Notes: generated from the letters alone by a model not told the origin. Shown: positions 13,401-27,450, counted from the stretch's first letter. The stretch is 64,000 nt of DNA from Raillietiella orientalis (GCA_036172245.1 JAYWIR010000013.1:3472001-3536000), one strand, 5' to 3'. Translations and numbers: made by a program.

Positions 13401-14744
13401 ATGGCTCCAGCCCTCTGCCTGCTGCTGATCCCAGAATCGGAGATGGGAGAATTCCGGGGCGTTCGACTTTTCCCTGTGGACATGTCCGGCGATGCTTCCG
13501 GTCCAACTCTGCTGAGGTCGCCTCTGCCGCCGTCCTAGCAGAAGCCGAGCGGGCGCGAAAACAAATTCGAGTGTCCTCTCGAGGCAAAATACTGCTCCAC
13601 GCCTCGAGGAAAGGGGGAGGGAGGCAGCTTCCGGCCTCCTGGGGAGTTTCGGGGAAGGGTGAGGCAGGCGGATGTGCTCCTCCCCTCTCGCGCCCCGGCG
13701 GACACCGAAAGGAGTCTGCAGCCCTCTCCGTCGCTCTCCGCTTCCAAGCGGATGCTGGGAATGGATGTGGGAAACCCGTGTGAGAGGAGAGGAACGTCCA
13801 GCACCCTCCTCACCCCCAGGACGCGCACACGGGCAAGTGCGATCAGCAGTCTGACGAATCCTCCATAGCAGGTCCTCCAGTCAGGCAACGCTCCCTCAAC
13901 CCGGTGATGCCCTACCCGCTGACCATGGAGGCAGGACTCCCTAGGGATCCCTCAGGGAATTCCACTCCCATCTCCCCACGCCTTCCTTCCCTCCTGAGCA
14001 GCACGGCTAGGCGGGGTCCTGTGCTCTCCCTTCCCAGCCTCCCAAAAGAACTTTCCTTCTCGGACAGGTGGATGGGTATAGCCCACGCGAGGAGGTGCCC
14101 TCTTCCGCTCTGTGCTGCTCAGCTCTAGGAGGTGCCGGTCGTCTCTAAGGAGGCTCTCATGGCGGCGGACTCTAGACGAGGCGTCGAGCGACTCCCTCGA
14201 CTGCATAGAGGGAAATCCGAAACGCTGGTTACGCGCCCCTAAGAGAGGGCGAGAGTTCTTCCGGCAGGAAGGGAGGAAGGGCAATCGTGGCAACAGCCCA
14301 AGAACAGAACGGAGGCCCACCCGATCTGTTGACGACTCAGTCTGTATTTACAATTGCGAACTTCTTGGAAAAAAATAAAGTCCAGAAAAAAAATGCATAA
14401 AAAATTCTAGATTTGTAAGCATGTACACACACGGAACAGAAGAAACGTACATTTGCAAGGTCTTCGAAGGCATACAGCTTGATGTTTTTTAAACTGCTTT
14501 TTCTTTTTTTTTTTTTCAGCATCGGACTAGACTGGCAGGATGAGCAGAGAGCATCGCGTCGCGGTGTATCAAGGGCTCTCTCTCCCTGAGTTGCCCTTGC
14601 AAGTCCACCGGAGGAGGGCAGCACCAGCTCTCAGAAAAATTTTCGGCGCAGTTCGACGGAGAGTGGGGTCTCTGCGGAAAGCGACCGTGGTGCCTCGACC
14701 GCGTCGCAGCGCGTCACCCGGGCCAACGGCGGCCGTGGAAGATC

Positions 14745-17627
14745 CTATGTCTGCCGGTAGCTCCCTGGTGAGGCGTGGAGGGCCTGCGGCGGTGGCGGTG
14801 GCGTCGAAGAGCCGTACGCGGGCACCTCCAGGTACCGTGGCAGCTTCTTCTTGAAGGTCCTGTCTGCCGTCGCCGTCGAATCCTTGAGTAGGTCATCTGG
14901 GGGCGAACGGGGTCAATTGGGGCTGCTGCGGGAGGAATAGGGGCAGCGCGCCCCCCACCTACCTGCGCTCGACACCGGCGGCATGGAGAGGTAGATGAGG
15001 CCGATCACGGGCGGTGCCGACGGCTGGTCCGCGTTGAGGTTGGGCAGGCTCTGTGAGTCTCTCTTGCTGGAGGCCAAGCTATAGTGCGATAGACCTGGGA
15101 AAAGGGGGAGATGCAACCTTCGTTCCCATGGTGCGCGCGTGCGCGCACGCGGAGTGCGTCGGCTACGGATATCCTCTCCTGCTTCCGGAGAGGGGAGAAA
15201 AAGGTCTGGAGGGGAAGATGCCTGCGCGGCATCCCACGCCGCTCGCGCGACCCCCTTCAAAGCACCGACTGCTGTTTAGACGCGCGGGTCGTGCAGAACA
15301 CGTGGGCGGCAACGGGAAAATCCACCTACCGTGAGTCAGCAGGACGCGGTGGGATGAATTAGCTTCATCTTTCGCCAAGACGATGGGGAAAGGTCCAAAC
15401 GAAGGGTGCTCGTGCCTCTGCTTTCTGCAGAACCGGTAGTAGAGGAAGCACATTACCATCAGGAACAGCAACGAGAAGATGGATATCCCGATGGAGATAC
15501 CCATGAGGACCTCGGACTGGAAGGGGACAGAGAACGCCGCTGCAGTGTACTGCCGGATGGGTTTGGTTCCGGTCACCTGCGCCGCATTCTGGTTCAAGAA
15601 ACCCTCGTCATCGAGTAGCGTCCCGGGGTCAGCCTTGTCCGAAAATAGTCGTTTTTTGGGGATGATGTTGTGGGTGCTCAACGAGTACTCGGGGCTCATT
15701 GAGATGTCCGAAAAAGGCAGCAGTCCCACCTGCGGAAGCAGTCCCCCATCCTGTTTCCGAGGAGAAGGGTCAGACCTGCAGAGTGTAGAAATTCTCGGGC
15801 AACAGATGCAGCGTTGAGTGCGTTTTGCCTGTGATGACGTAACCCTGAATTCCTGCCTCGGGGTCACTGTGTTCCCAAGTCAACATGTACCAGGGTTCGC
15901 TGGAGTCGTCACGGTGCATGTCGTTCCAGGTCATGAGCACGGCGACGAGGCCAATCTGTTCGCTCGCACGTACATACTCCGGGTGCAGGTTCCATTCTGG
16001 AAGCTGATCCAATGATTCAGAAAACAAGCGGTTGGCAAGCGCCGAACGAAGAGGAGAGAGAGAAAGTCATTCCGTTTTCGCGCATCCTCGTCGGGAGGAG
16101 CAGGAAGTTTGGTCGCCTGGCAGCACTCCGAATTTTAATTTCCAATGAATAGAGGAAAAGTCATGCTGGCAACCCTGAGCGCGCACTACCGGGGAGCGTT
16201 CGAACACAAAAAGCAAGATGCGAGCGCGCTGGCAGAATTTGTGGCAGGAGGGAGTCTGCAGGGGGGATGGGGGAGACGTGCGATCTTTCTAATGCCCACA
16301 GAAGAACCCGAAAATTGCGCGCGCTGCTGCCAGTTTGGGGTGCTTCTGCGCAGCTCGCAGAACGCCCGCAAAGCTTGAAAAAGGATCTCACTTTTTTTTC
16401 TTCAGCTTCTAGGGTCGTGCTTCTTTCAATAGGGTGCCCCCACCTCTCTTCCGGTGTCTCAGGCGTGGTGTACACTGCTATCGTCCCAGCGGCTCCGTCA
16501 GAATGACTGTAAGGGAAACTGTTGCTGCCGTCGCTAACGACGACCTGGTACGGTTTTGTCCAATTCCTGCTGCTCCCTTTCTCTCCAAGGGAGGAGTGGT
16601 TGATGTTAAGAGCAGGTAGCTCGTACACCTTCTGGGTTTGAGCTATCGCGCCACTAGCATTCACCGCCAGCAGCTTGAACCCCACCGTGCTGCTAGGCAG
16701 CTTGACGGGAATCGAAGCAGACATTTCCGTCGTCTGGAAGAAACCGACTGGTGTTCCCAGAAGGCAGATCCTATTAATTCAGGGCAGACCTGGTTCAGCT
16801 CCCTCCAAGGATCGAAAAAATTTCTGCTCTTCAAGAACAGAACAAACACCACAGCTTTCGTTTGCTGTCTTATAGCTTCCGCTTCATCCAGCATTGGTTG
16901 TTTAACATATGATGCAACATATGTTGTTAAAGAGGACCAGTCTACGGTGTGGTTCTGGGGGTGAACCACCATCTCTCGCGAGAAGTTATACGTCTTTATC
17001 CACTTGATGGGGTCACCATTGTCCGGACTGTGGTAATAGGTGCAGCTCTCCTGGCAACCCGGAAACTTTTGAGAAAGCACAAAAGGAAAACAAACAAACA
17101 AACACGTTAGGGCGAGCTACCAGGGATAGGGGCACTTACACAAATGGTTCTATCGGAACACATTGCCGACAAGAACCCTCCACTTGTCAGTCGGTAACAA
17201 AGATCCCAACACTGCAAAGTACGAGAACAAAATGAGAAAGATAGGTGCGCCGCGGGAGGAATCGTGGGGGGATGCGAGGAAAATACGAGGTCAGGGATGT
17301 TCCGCTCACGAGTGGCAGATTTTCGTTAAAAGGGAAGGAAAGGAAAATTGGACAGAGCGTCGTACCATGTTACATTCTAGGTTCCGCCGGCAAGAGTCTT
17401 GCGATCTGGAGCTGTAATCTTGCACGAACTGCGGTGAGGAGATGCATGTGAAAATGCTGCTGCCTCTCTCGGCTCGGGAAGGGGAAGCTTACCTTGTTGA
17501 TGCACCTCGCCCTGCACTGCGCGACCATGATCCCGGCGAAGATGGGAGCTTTCACGCTGTCCAGGGAGTCACTGGCCACGAGGCTGGCTAACACTGAACT
17601 CGCAATCAAAATCACGAAACGACCCAT
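14745..17627 (-). CDS. Type I transmembrane protein: signal peptide, Cys-rich box, FN3-like region, TM helix, Pro/Ser-rich tail (fend-like / anosmin Cys-box-like), about 579 aa
   Basis: Exons (minus): 17627-17493, 17428-17366, 17211-17140, 17065-16790, 16733-16392, 16003-15776, 15729-15577, 15516-15330, 15094-14963, 14896-14745; all GT-AG and in phase. Signal peptide MGRFVILIASSVLASLVAS. Cys box AQCRARC...SCRRNLECNMCWDLC...MC...ICFPGCQESC. FN3-like VLMTW...YMLTW...LLPENFYTLQV. TM LMGISIGISIFSLLFLMVMCFLYY followed by RFCRKQR. The family call is from recollection; the exon 5/6 junction and the last two exons are less certain. Confidence 0.75.
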
Positions 17628-17814
17628 GCTTAACACGAATTCGAAAGAGCAGGAGCATCAACTGGACTATATATGTTGCTAGCCTGGCAGCAGAGTCCAG
17701 GCATTCACCAGTGTTTTTCGCTCCAAGCGTTCGCGCCAGCCAGCGCTCGAAAGATTCTTCCTTGCCTAAGGTAAGCCCACGTTCAGTAGTAAACGAAACG
17801 GAGTTTTAAAGGCT

Positions 17815-17820
17815 GAATGA
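17815..17820 (-). promoter_or_regulatory. Possible arthropod initiator (TCATTC) for the fend-like gene
   Basis: Matches TCAKTY about 190 nt upstream of the ATG. The motif is short and could be chance. Confidence 0.25.
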
Positions 17821-18628
17821 GTAATTCGACCCGGTCGGTTTCATTGACAGATTCGGCAGATCATTAACGGTTGTTTGCCCATAAAAGCTAATTATCACCT
17901 TTGCTCACGGGCTGCATACGTTGCGATTGCGTTTCAGCTCCTACTCGAGTTGCCCATCAAAGTCTTTTCCAGCAATCACTCGGCGCATATCTCTACAGTC
18001 CGGGGACAAACCTTCTTCGAAAGGACAGAATCCCTCATTCTGTTTATTGGCGTCTAAGTAGATGTGTCGGTACCACAAAGATTTTCAACCGGAAACGGAG
18101 CACCTACTTCCTTTGCAGGTGGACATAATGTCCTCGAGACAGAAAGAAAGGCAATTAATGCTCGAATTTCACGCCCCGCCGTGCAGAGCACAATGGGGAA
18201 AATCGGAAACTTTCGGTAAGAGGGGGTCTGCTCGGGGGAGGCGGATTCATCGTCAGAATCACGCATGGACATGCGTGATTCTGATTCTTCGTTCCGTCCG
18301 TAGCGCCGCCCTCTTCCAGAGCTGCTGTTTCTCTGCTGAGGTGCCGGAGCTGTCTCATCCAGGAAGATCAAACTGCAGCTCTTGTCTTTTCCAAGAAAAA
18401 CAAAACAAAAACAAACGAATGGACGATTCGGTTGTATTCTACGTAAACGGAGCGAAACGGAAGCTCTTTGCTCTTTGCGCCTTTGCAACTTAATGACGAA
18501 AACAAAAAGTTTTCTCCGTTCCTGCCGGGAAAGGACACGGCTCGAGTGCTCGACACGGGAGCTCGGAAAGACCTGTGTTTAATGTTCCTGCACTTCATTT
18601 GATCCATCCGGTGGATTCAGTACGGACA

Positions 18629-18632
<4 letters not shown>

Positions 18633-18662
<30 letters not shown>
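18633..18662 (+). repeat. (CA)15 microsatellite
   Basis: Visible directly. Confidence 0.95.
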
Positions 18663-18666
<4 letters not shown>

Positions 18667-20649
18667 TGGATACTCCTCTCCAACGAAATGAACATCGCCT
18701 GGTGGTGTGCAGATGTCGGATCTTTTCCGACGTGTATCGAAGCCATTCGGGACATCAGAGCCTGCATCACATATGGGACTACGCTGCCCAACATTTCTTA
18801 AGAGTGACTCCCGAGAAATCAACAGCTCATCGGTAATCATTTGCTGACTCTCTGCTTGGGTATTTCACACTCAACCCAATCCTTTGAAAACATAAAGGTG
18901 AAGATTGCAACCAATTTATTGTAAAACATCGACGTCCATGGGAGGAGGAGGCGCCAGCGCTACTCGATCCAACTGGAAATGTATCGATGGCGCACCGGTG
19001 ACGCCGATGTTTCAAACGAACATGTCGATTTCGATCATCATCAACACTGACTGTGTGGGGAGAGTGTGAAAGGTGGACCGACCCAAAATGAAATTCCAAA
19101 AACCGAGTTCATCACCCATCGAGAACGGAAGTCGTGAATGGCTCCTCCAGCCAAGGTCATTGTGTCCTGATTTCTCTCCCGGATGCGAGTTTACTTGACA
19201 ACTTGCTCAAGATCTGCAGGACGTGCTTTCCCATTTTCCATCCTCAGAATCATTCGATCTGCCTTACCACGTGGAACGTTGGGATCATTCTCAGAATCGT
19301 TCGTGTTCCTGGATCATAAGCTGCTCCGATGATAAGGCCATGAGGTCATGTCGTGTGATGAAGCCGTCTCGGAACTCCCACGGAAGCTTATTGATTTCCG
19401 GAAGCAACTTTTCTCTCGACGTGCCTATCACTCTGCAGGAAAGAACTTCCTTCCCGTGCTTATATCAGAGTTCTAAGCTTACTAAAGATTCCAAACCCTT
19501 AGATTTGCCAGACATGGGAAACTCAGGAACTCCAAGGTATTGAGTTACTCTTTCGAAACAGTGAAACGCAGTGCTGCAGCATCATCACCGTTTTCTAAAA
19601 AATGCTTCTGCAAGGATAAATAAAGTTTATGGTCAGAGTAAGCAAAAGCGGTTGCAGGCTCTAAGAGTGATAATTATTTGCATATACTTTGTTCCGTTGT
19701 CAGCTATTTTAGGTCGTTGCTTTGGTCTTATCATCACTATTAATAACATATTGATGTCCGTTGAAATTGGAAGCATCCTTCCTCTCAGATCTTTCTCAGG
19801 AGGAGTTGCTACTCAACAGGGTGAAGGAGAACAAGGGGTTGCATTAGCACATTTTGGTGCGATATCGTGTAACAGGTCCACCGAATAGCCAACGTACCTT
19901 TGTACTCTCACAGATTCCTTCTCCCTTCCCCATCCTCAAAGCAGCTGGATCAATTTCGAATCGAGGAATCCTATCCATTACCACCCTTCACATAGAGATC
20001 AATTTCTTTCGAAGCATGACTCGGGATGACTCCAAGAAATCCCTCCGAAGTCTGATTCTAGAAAATAAACCGAAACACTTCGTGTACTTTCTTTCCTTTT
20101 CTTTTTTCTCGTAGGCGTCTAATCAGACCTCAGGCTGCGAGGTTGCATTCCTTGTTCGAAGTACCAACGACGGGTCACGGGTTAGCAGGAAGCTTTTGCA
20201 CTTGTCACCTGGCCCGTGTCAGTTATCAGTCCAGTTCTAATTCCTATGGAAGATGTGTTTCAAACGAACCGTTGTCAATTCTACAGAGACTCTAAAAAAA
20301 AATCCATCAACACTGAGACTTGATGAGAATGCATGTTCCACGACCAGTGATGGGGGATGTCACCAGAATGTTGCTTTGCGGGATTCACCTTAGGAAACGA
20401 CGAACCACCAGGATGTTTTGCAAAGGCCAGCCGAGGCATTTTTTCGTATTCTGGTATTCCTGCATCCAGCAGTCATCAATAGTTGCTGGCGAACCCGTGA
20501 CTCGCTGGTTCTACGGACTTTTCATCCAATGCTACCTGAGGGTAGGAATGTAAATAAACTGCATATCCTGAATCGTGAAGACCAACGTGATCACAACTCA
20601 TATTCCTTGTTTGGTTAGCGAAAGATATGAAGAATGCGTTTTCTCCAAT

Positions 20650-21700
20650 CATTGGTCGGAATTTCTCTTAAATGGAGTGACCTTTCTCATCCGCTATCTC
20701 TCACGGTGGGCACTCGTGGTGGGCACGTCATCGTGCAATCCAACTCCCCAAAGTTTGGGCTGCTCCTTTTTTTTTTTTTGCGATTCCCGCAACGAACGAA
20801 TCGCAGGTTCACCCGGTCCACATCGTGGGTCTCTGGCGAGAGGACGTGGTTGCACTTCCTGGCGAAGAGTCGATTTATTTTGTGGACAGTGGTGCGTTGG
20901 TGGACTGTTCTGTCGCCGGGCCAGAACCTCGATCGAAGGCGCCCTACGAAGATAGGTTTCGAAGCAGATTTTCTTCTTTCCCTGTTCCCCGCACAGTTCC
21001 CATCCACATCCACGCACAAGCTGAATGGGCGCATGGACGGCATACACGAAACCATCTTAGGCGGATTCGATCTGATGGCGTTTGTTGGGTGGACGGGCAA
21101 GACTGGCGGCTCCGCTGAATTTAGGAGAAAAAAAGAAAAACAGATGCAGAGGAAGAAACTGAGAAATAAATCGAACTGGATGCAAGAAAATGAATACCTT
21201 GAACAGAGTTGTTGTTGTTTTGTTTTGTTTTTCTTGTATATAGCTCGAAACTCTAGGAAGCTGTTCCGGAATTTTCTGGATGAATCGAATGTCTTAAGCA
21301 GCGGAGCGTGTAGGGCAGCGAAGAGCAGCGGGCCGCTGTCGGGCTCTTTTTCAGCAGCAGCAACTGGCCAGCAGTTTTCAGGGGCCGGCGTGGAAGACAT
21401 AAGGAAGTTTCCAATCAACGTGGAACGAAATCCCTTGGCTTAAGAAATCCGGCCGAGGCTGCTAACCATCGTTTCCAGGAATGAAGTGATTTCAGCTTCC
21501 ACACATTTTTCACAACTCGACTAAACTGATGCACATGAGGTCGAGGCATCCAGAAATACGTCGGTCGGGTGGTGGTGCAACATGGGAGGAGTGCTTGAAA
21601 AGTCGAGGGCTCGTGCCAACTGAGAATAATGCGACAGCAGATGACGCGGAATCCGATGCCAACCAAAGTTCATCTTGAAGTTCGCGGTGATTTTTTTTTC
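20650..21700 (-). mobile_element. Possible decayed BEL/Pao integrase remnant
   Basis: IILSWHE...TRPTYFWMPR...SRVVKNV resembles the HHCC region (LRQxFWIPR..VRRVVKxC). RFWPGDRTVHQRTTVHKINR resembles the FWKRW..EYL C-terminal motif. Similarity judged by eye only. Confidence 0.28.
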
Positions 21701-24700
21701 CGAGAGAATCAGAGAGCTGTTCCTGTCAGATGCGTTTGCCCATCGGAATGAATCGGGACCAGGAAGGCGCACCATATACTTATGTATGTGTCCATGCCAT
21801 TTTCCTGTGCTGAAGAGATTCGAATATTTTGCCAGGGGCTAAGATGATTTTCCCGTGCTGTTCCGCGTTAAACGCCCTGAGACCTTGGCGACCCTCGCAC
21901 GTTATTCCCTATTTTCTGAATCGACACACCGTTCGCTTTTCTGGGCAGTAACCTTGGAGTGGTGCTTCCTCAAAAACCCTCCGTTCCATCTCGAATACTG
22001 CTTTTTTGCTTCATTTCCGATCAGACACGAATTAACGGGTGGGTGGGGGTGGAAATGGGAGGGGTGGGGGTGGAAAATCCTCAGTGAATGGGAAGCGGGT
22101 TGAGCAAATGCCGTCCTCAGTGTTGCCACCCGTCAATTTTATGCATCGCCTTTCGACGTGCCAAAGTTTTCCTTGTCTTAAGATCCCATGTAAATTGATC
22201 GAATTCTCGTGTGAAGATATGTGAGAAAAAGGATTCGAGCAGAATCTCCTCTGGGCTACAGCGAATTTGCTGGAGTTGGGCGATTTGTTTCCCCTCGGCA
22301 GCCAGCGTGTTCTGGGGAGAATTTCTTTGATAGAATGAGTGCACTTTTATTTCTCATCTGTACTGCGTCGATTCGGGGAATGTCGGTAAGAACCTTTCCG
22401 ATTTGGGACTGCGTGTTCGTCTGTGCAGTGCTCGTGAAAGTGTGCTTCCGTTTTCGAACACCGAAAGAGTGCGTCAGTTGCAGAAGACCTGTCTGTGAGC
22501 AGTTGGTTGGTACAAAGAGTAGGAAGCTGGCAAAGGAAATCGTCTGCTCGTCCCGTTGAAAGCGGAACTGCGCAGATTTAAGAAACATTTTCGGAGAGGG
22601 CGTAAAGGTTCGAAGGCACTTTTTAAAAAAGAGGAGGAGAAACAACCCAGCTGTTGAACATTGTGTGAATACCAAAAAAAATTCCGCCAACGGCAGTGTG
22701 ACGCAGCATCGGGGTGTGGTGCAGCACACTGTGAATAAGCTGCGGTGCCATCAGGAGAATCACCTCTTCTCTTAAAACCTGCCAAAAAAAAAAAAAATCA
22801 TAAAATCAGTCATCTGCTTCCCTTCCGGACGCAGATCTCACAGGCGTTACGTGCCCATGATATCACACTCTTATATATAGTATGTATTCTGGGAAGTATT
22901 CTGTGTACTCGTATATACATATTACTTATTTACTCTCATGACATCACACTAGGCAACAACACATTCCACAATTGGTTTGATCATTCACTGCACAATCCAG
23001 AATCAATGAACGACGGTAGGGGCACGTAAAGGAGCTTCGCCACGATGTAGAAACCACCCAAAGTTTCGAAACATCCTTCTACCTTTATTCCTCAGTCGAG
23101 TCCAACCTCTTCAAGAATGGCCTGGTCAACTCTTTGACCATTCTCCGCGAATTGATGACAGATTCCACTCCGAAACAAACTCCGAGCCCATGGTCACTTT
23201 CGCCATGTGTTTTTCTTTCAACAAATCAGTGTAGCCTGTTTTAAGTAGACAAATCGGTGAGTCAACATTCCAACACCATGTGATATGTTTGTGACCAACA
23301 CGTTAAAGTTTCTTGATCCGAGAGGCAGGTCGCCTTAATCTTGAAAAACTTGAGCAAATCCGTTATGGGGTAAATGGTCGTCCGTGGGTAGCAGAGGAAG
23401 ATTTTGTCTGTTGGGAGTTATGGATGAATCGAATTTGGTGTTTTTGAAATCTGAATAAACGTATGTTCAGAATCATTGGTTGGCGATTGATTTGATTGGT
23501 TGAGGAGGGTGAATAATTATTGTCTAAAAGGTAGAGGATGTGAAGAGAAGGGAATATGATTGATAGAAGGACGAATGAGGGGAAGGATTCTCATCCTTTG
23601 CTTCTTACATTCAGACAAGGATCAGTGCCAACTGAGGGTTAAAATGGCGTACATAATACATCAGGTAAAGCAAACCGGTTCTATCCTTGCAGTTTTCTGC
23701 ATCGTTCGCTTACGGATTACTCCGTTCGAGTTTGAGAATCAAGTCCGAAAGGAAATTACTGAATCTTTTGACCGTCTTCGCGATGGTTCCTGCATCAGTC
23801 TCCAAGGCACTCTACACCCACGCATACAATCAATCCTAAGCATTGCATTGTGGGATGAGTGGCTCAATAAGGAACATTTTTGATCGGAAGGAACGTCGAG
23901 CCCAGCTCCTATGATCAATTTTTCCTTCGGACTGAGCCGGTGAATGCTGCAGTTACCCACTGGACGGTGACTGAGGGAACGCAGAGCAACGCATGCATCT
24001 CCAGTTTCCTGAAAGATGCGTGCACTTTTGGCACTTCACGGCGGAATTCGAGTTCTCTTGATAAACTCTGGGCACACATGGGCGATGCGTCCATGTCAGC
24101 AGGCACATGCGTTTGATTCTTCTGGACCACTCTCTAGACACACCAGAATTAGGAACAGGTGCGTCCTCTGGGAGCCCTTACCAGTGCGGGTGCCGAAAAA
24201 GCTAACGTGTGAAAGAAATGATGTGTAAGTTTATGTGATGTGTGTGTTTCTTGAGGACGGGGGAAATCCGGTGCGCTCTCCCGAGCAGGCCAATTTCGGA
24301 CCGGGAAGTGAATCGTCTCAAACTGATCTCTGCCCAGACATGAGAGCGCAGTAAGCATCTCCAAGGCCAGCATTCGAAAATGGCTCCCTCGGGTGAATCT
24401 GTGACTTCCGCCCTTGGGATTTGCTCAGTCGGCTCCACCGACCATGTAAGAAGAGAATCGAGTGTAAGAGGATTCGAGGTGGTCCAAGGAAGGGGGCGAA
24501 AGCAAGTGGAGGAAGGAGGCTGAAGGAAGGCATTCTGGCCACTCCGCATCGATTTTTCCCGAGGGACTTGGATCTTTCCGTGGTATATTTCATGGGGATT
24601 CCGTTCTCTTCCTTTTCAGATCATTGCGGTGTACAGTTTCAAATGTACGTCGCACTCGCTATCTGTACATTCGCGCTCGCACTGAAGAATAAAACCGGCA

Positions 24701-24805
24701 ATCTCTGTAAAGTGTTTCGAGTAATGAATGTACGTAGGAACAGCAATGGGTAGTTTTTGTAGGCAATGTGCCTTCAAGTCTCTCTGAGATTATAGAACTG
24801 GATGC

Positions 24806-24806
<1 letters not shown>

Positions 24807-24851
<45 letters not shown>
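24807..24851 (+). repeat. Poly(T) tract, 45 nt
   Basis: Visible directly; could be a minus-strand retroelement tail or an expanded homopolymer. Confidence 0.95.
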
Positions 24852-24853
<2 letters not shown>

Positions 24854-26149
24854 CTTTTTGATTTTTGGGGTTTTGTCTTCGAGGACGACTCGAAATTACT
24901 TTCGTTAGATTGAATATGGCAAAGAGGTAGGGGAAGAAATTAAAGGGAAAAATCGGAAACCCAATGCGATCAGAGGAAAGGCTGGAAACACAGAAGCGAA
25001 GATTGGTCGGAATTGGACAGTCTGATTCCTCAACGAAATTCGGTTTTCTCCGTTAGAAGAAATAGGCGAAAGCCTTGAGGGACATCCACGCTCGTTGGGA
25101 TTTGACTGAATATTTTACTATGGCAGCAGCCCGGATGGAAACTGACTTTTTGAACCCATGCTGTCGGAATGGCTGACCCAAACGTAGGAAGCCGGGGTAG
25201 GAGTAGAATACCGATAGAAGCGTAAACATCTTCGGAAATAGAAAATGCAATGAATGGATATCCACGAAGTAGTGCGAAGTCTTTTTTTCTTTTTTTTCGC
25301 CAATTCGAACAAGCAAAATCGAATGGCAGGCCCCTCTGATGCAATCAGTTTTTTCTCTCAGAACGATCTGCTGCATTGATGTATCGTGCTAGAAGGAGAT
25401 AGACTGTGGAGGGTTGATTGGAAAGCAAAGCTGATCTGGGTGTGGATTTGCAGAAACCGGGCCGAGGATGAATGTCCCAACTAAGAGTGGTCTCGTCCAA
25501 CTAAGAACAGTATGTCCAGACAAGCTTGTACAGAAGTTGTCTTAAATGGTATAGTTCTCTCTCTCTCTCTTTCCTTTATTGTTTTTTGTAATTAGGAAGC
25601 GACGGTCACGCATATGTTGCAACTGCCTGCTATTTCCCTGCCTTCAACCGAAGCCAGAATTAAAATTCAACTCAGCCAACGGTTCCAATTTTGCGCTTAA
25701 TGAAAGCTGAAGTCGATTCAAATTCGAAGGCCTCGATGCAACGGTTTTCCATTTCTTTTCCATACATCCAAAATCTCTCCAATTTATGTTTCCTGAAGAA
25801 ACAAAAGATGAAGCGCAATTGATCCACAGCTCAGATGGAGCATGCGTAGAGGCCCGCAGGCTCTTGTCCAGCCCTTCCCACAACCCTGCCTTCTTGGGAA
25901 CTGAGACAGTTCCGCTCCTGCAAGCAAATCCAGGCTCCAGGTGGGCGTCCATCGCCTTTGGATCCCTCGGATGGTCAAAAACACCATCCCGCCGTGAGCA
26001 CAAATCGGAACGCTGCATAAGCGGCATCACAGTTGGAGGCGGCGGAGATTCACAGACCTCAAAAGGCCTCAAAAGATGAGGTTCGGTCGCCATGCGGACG
26101 GCAAACTCCCGCACTTCCACGAACAGCGTTTTCCCTCCTCGCTGGGAGC

Positions 26150-27450
26150 GAACGACCCCCAGCAGACACGACGAGCTCAGTAAGGCGAAACCAAAGTTTT
26201 CCTTCCAAACTGTACACACATTTCTGTTTTCAACCAGCTTTTCCTTCTGAAAGAAATGGAAGGACAAGTTTCCGAGGCTATGAAAAGCTTTTCCGTACCA
26301 ACGATGCGTGTTTACATCGTGATGACCTCTTATCGTTCCGAATCTTCTTCCGGAAAACGGTTTCCACCTTCTCTGAGCTGCGGGGAAGAACTACGTGGAA
26401 GAATAAATGCCATCAGTTGGACGAGTGGTTTGTTACCGAGGTAGGGAGATGTTATGAAACACATAAGGGAACGTCCAGTGAGCTCAGATGGACTGAAAAA
26501 GCATTGGCTTTGCTCTTAATTAGAAGATTTCGAAGGGATGGTGAGGACACCACAACGGGAACGACCCGGATCGGATGGAAATTCCTTTCGATTTGATGAG
26601 ATATTTATTCGTTGGATGATCCATCAGTATATCTTCGCAGGCTTATCAGACATTTTCAGATACAGCTTTTAATACATGGAAGTGTCTTTAGTGTTAGAGG
26701 AAAGATGATTTTTTTTTGCCCTCCGTAGAGAGTGATGCTACTTCAGTTTCATTTTTTTTCTTTCTTCAGCAAGATTAAAATTTTTCATCCCTCAAAAGGA
26801 TCCTACTTGTAACTGAACATATTTTATTTATACAACGTGTTTCAATTTCTAATGCGTTTGGACATGTTCGGTTATTCGGAAACGCCCTGCTGCCTTTTGC
26901 TTCGTCTTTCTTTCTTATTTTTGGTTTCTGCAGCACTGAATCATTTCTCTCAGTGTTCCTTTTTCCTAGAGAAAGTCATTTATCTAGAGACTTCCGTATG
27001 GAGTCGCACTGCATTCCCGCTTCACTATGAATCAGGAAGGAATCAGGAAGGTCGAAGGGCAAAAAAGAGAAAAAGTCGTAGTCTAAATGTGGTGAGCCTC
27101 GCAGAAATCTGTCGGCAAATGTCAGCACAGATGGAACCATAAATGACTTTTCAGACGAGGGCGATCTGTTCGATTGCAGCAATTCTTTCACGCTCACCCA
27201 TGGCTGCGTTTCGAAGCGAATAGTCGACCTCGGAAACCGACTCTTTCTAAATGTGAAAAATTCCCGGAAGCAGGTCAGAGGGTGAGAATGGATCGGTCCC
27301 TGCAATGATGATTCGGATCGTGAACTTGACTGGTAGGATTCTTGCGGCTACTCGATGCAACTCTCTAAATCGACGGTGCCCGAGTTCCTTTCCGCGCTCC
27401 AGCTGCAGCTTCCCTGTTTCAGTGACCCGGGAGCACAAAGGGAAACCGCA
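26150..27450 (+). mobile_element. Highly decayed Ty3/Gypsy pol remnant (RT and integrase fragments)
   Basis: Frameshifted VYI-(2 nt)-DDLLSF at about 26310-26340 resembles the RT YxDD motif. It is preceded by RNGRTSF..AMK (like RNAPxxFQRxM) and followed by KNKCH. HGCVSKRIVDLGNRLF and EFLSALQL near 27200-27410 resemble the integrase core. Confidence 0.4.

Noticed and set aside
23055..23100. Minus-strand CTGAGGA...CGAAAC (Penelope-like hammerhead)
   Set aside because: Stems cannot be formed convincingly.
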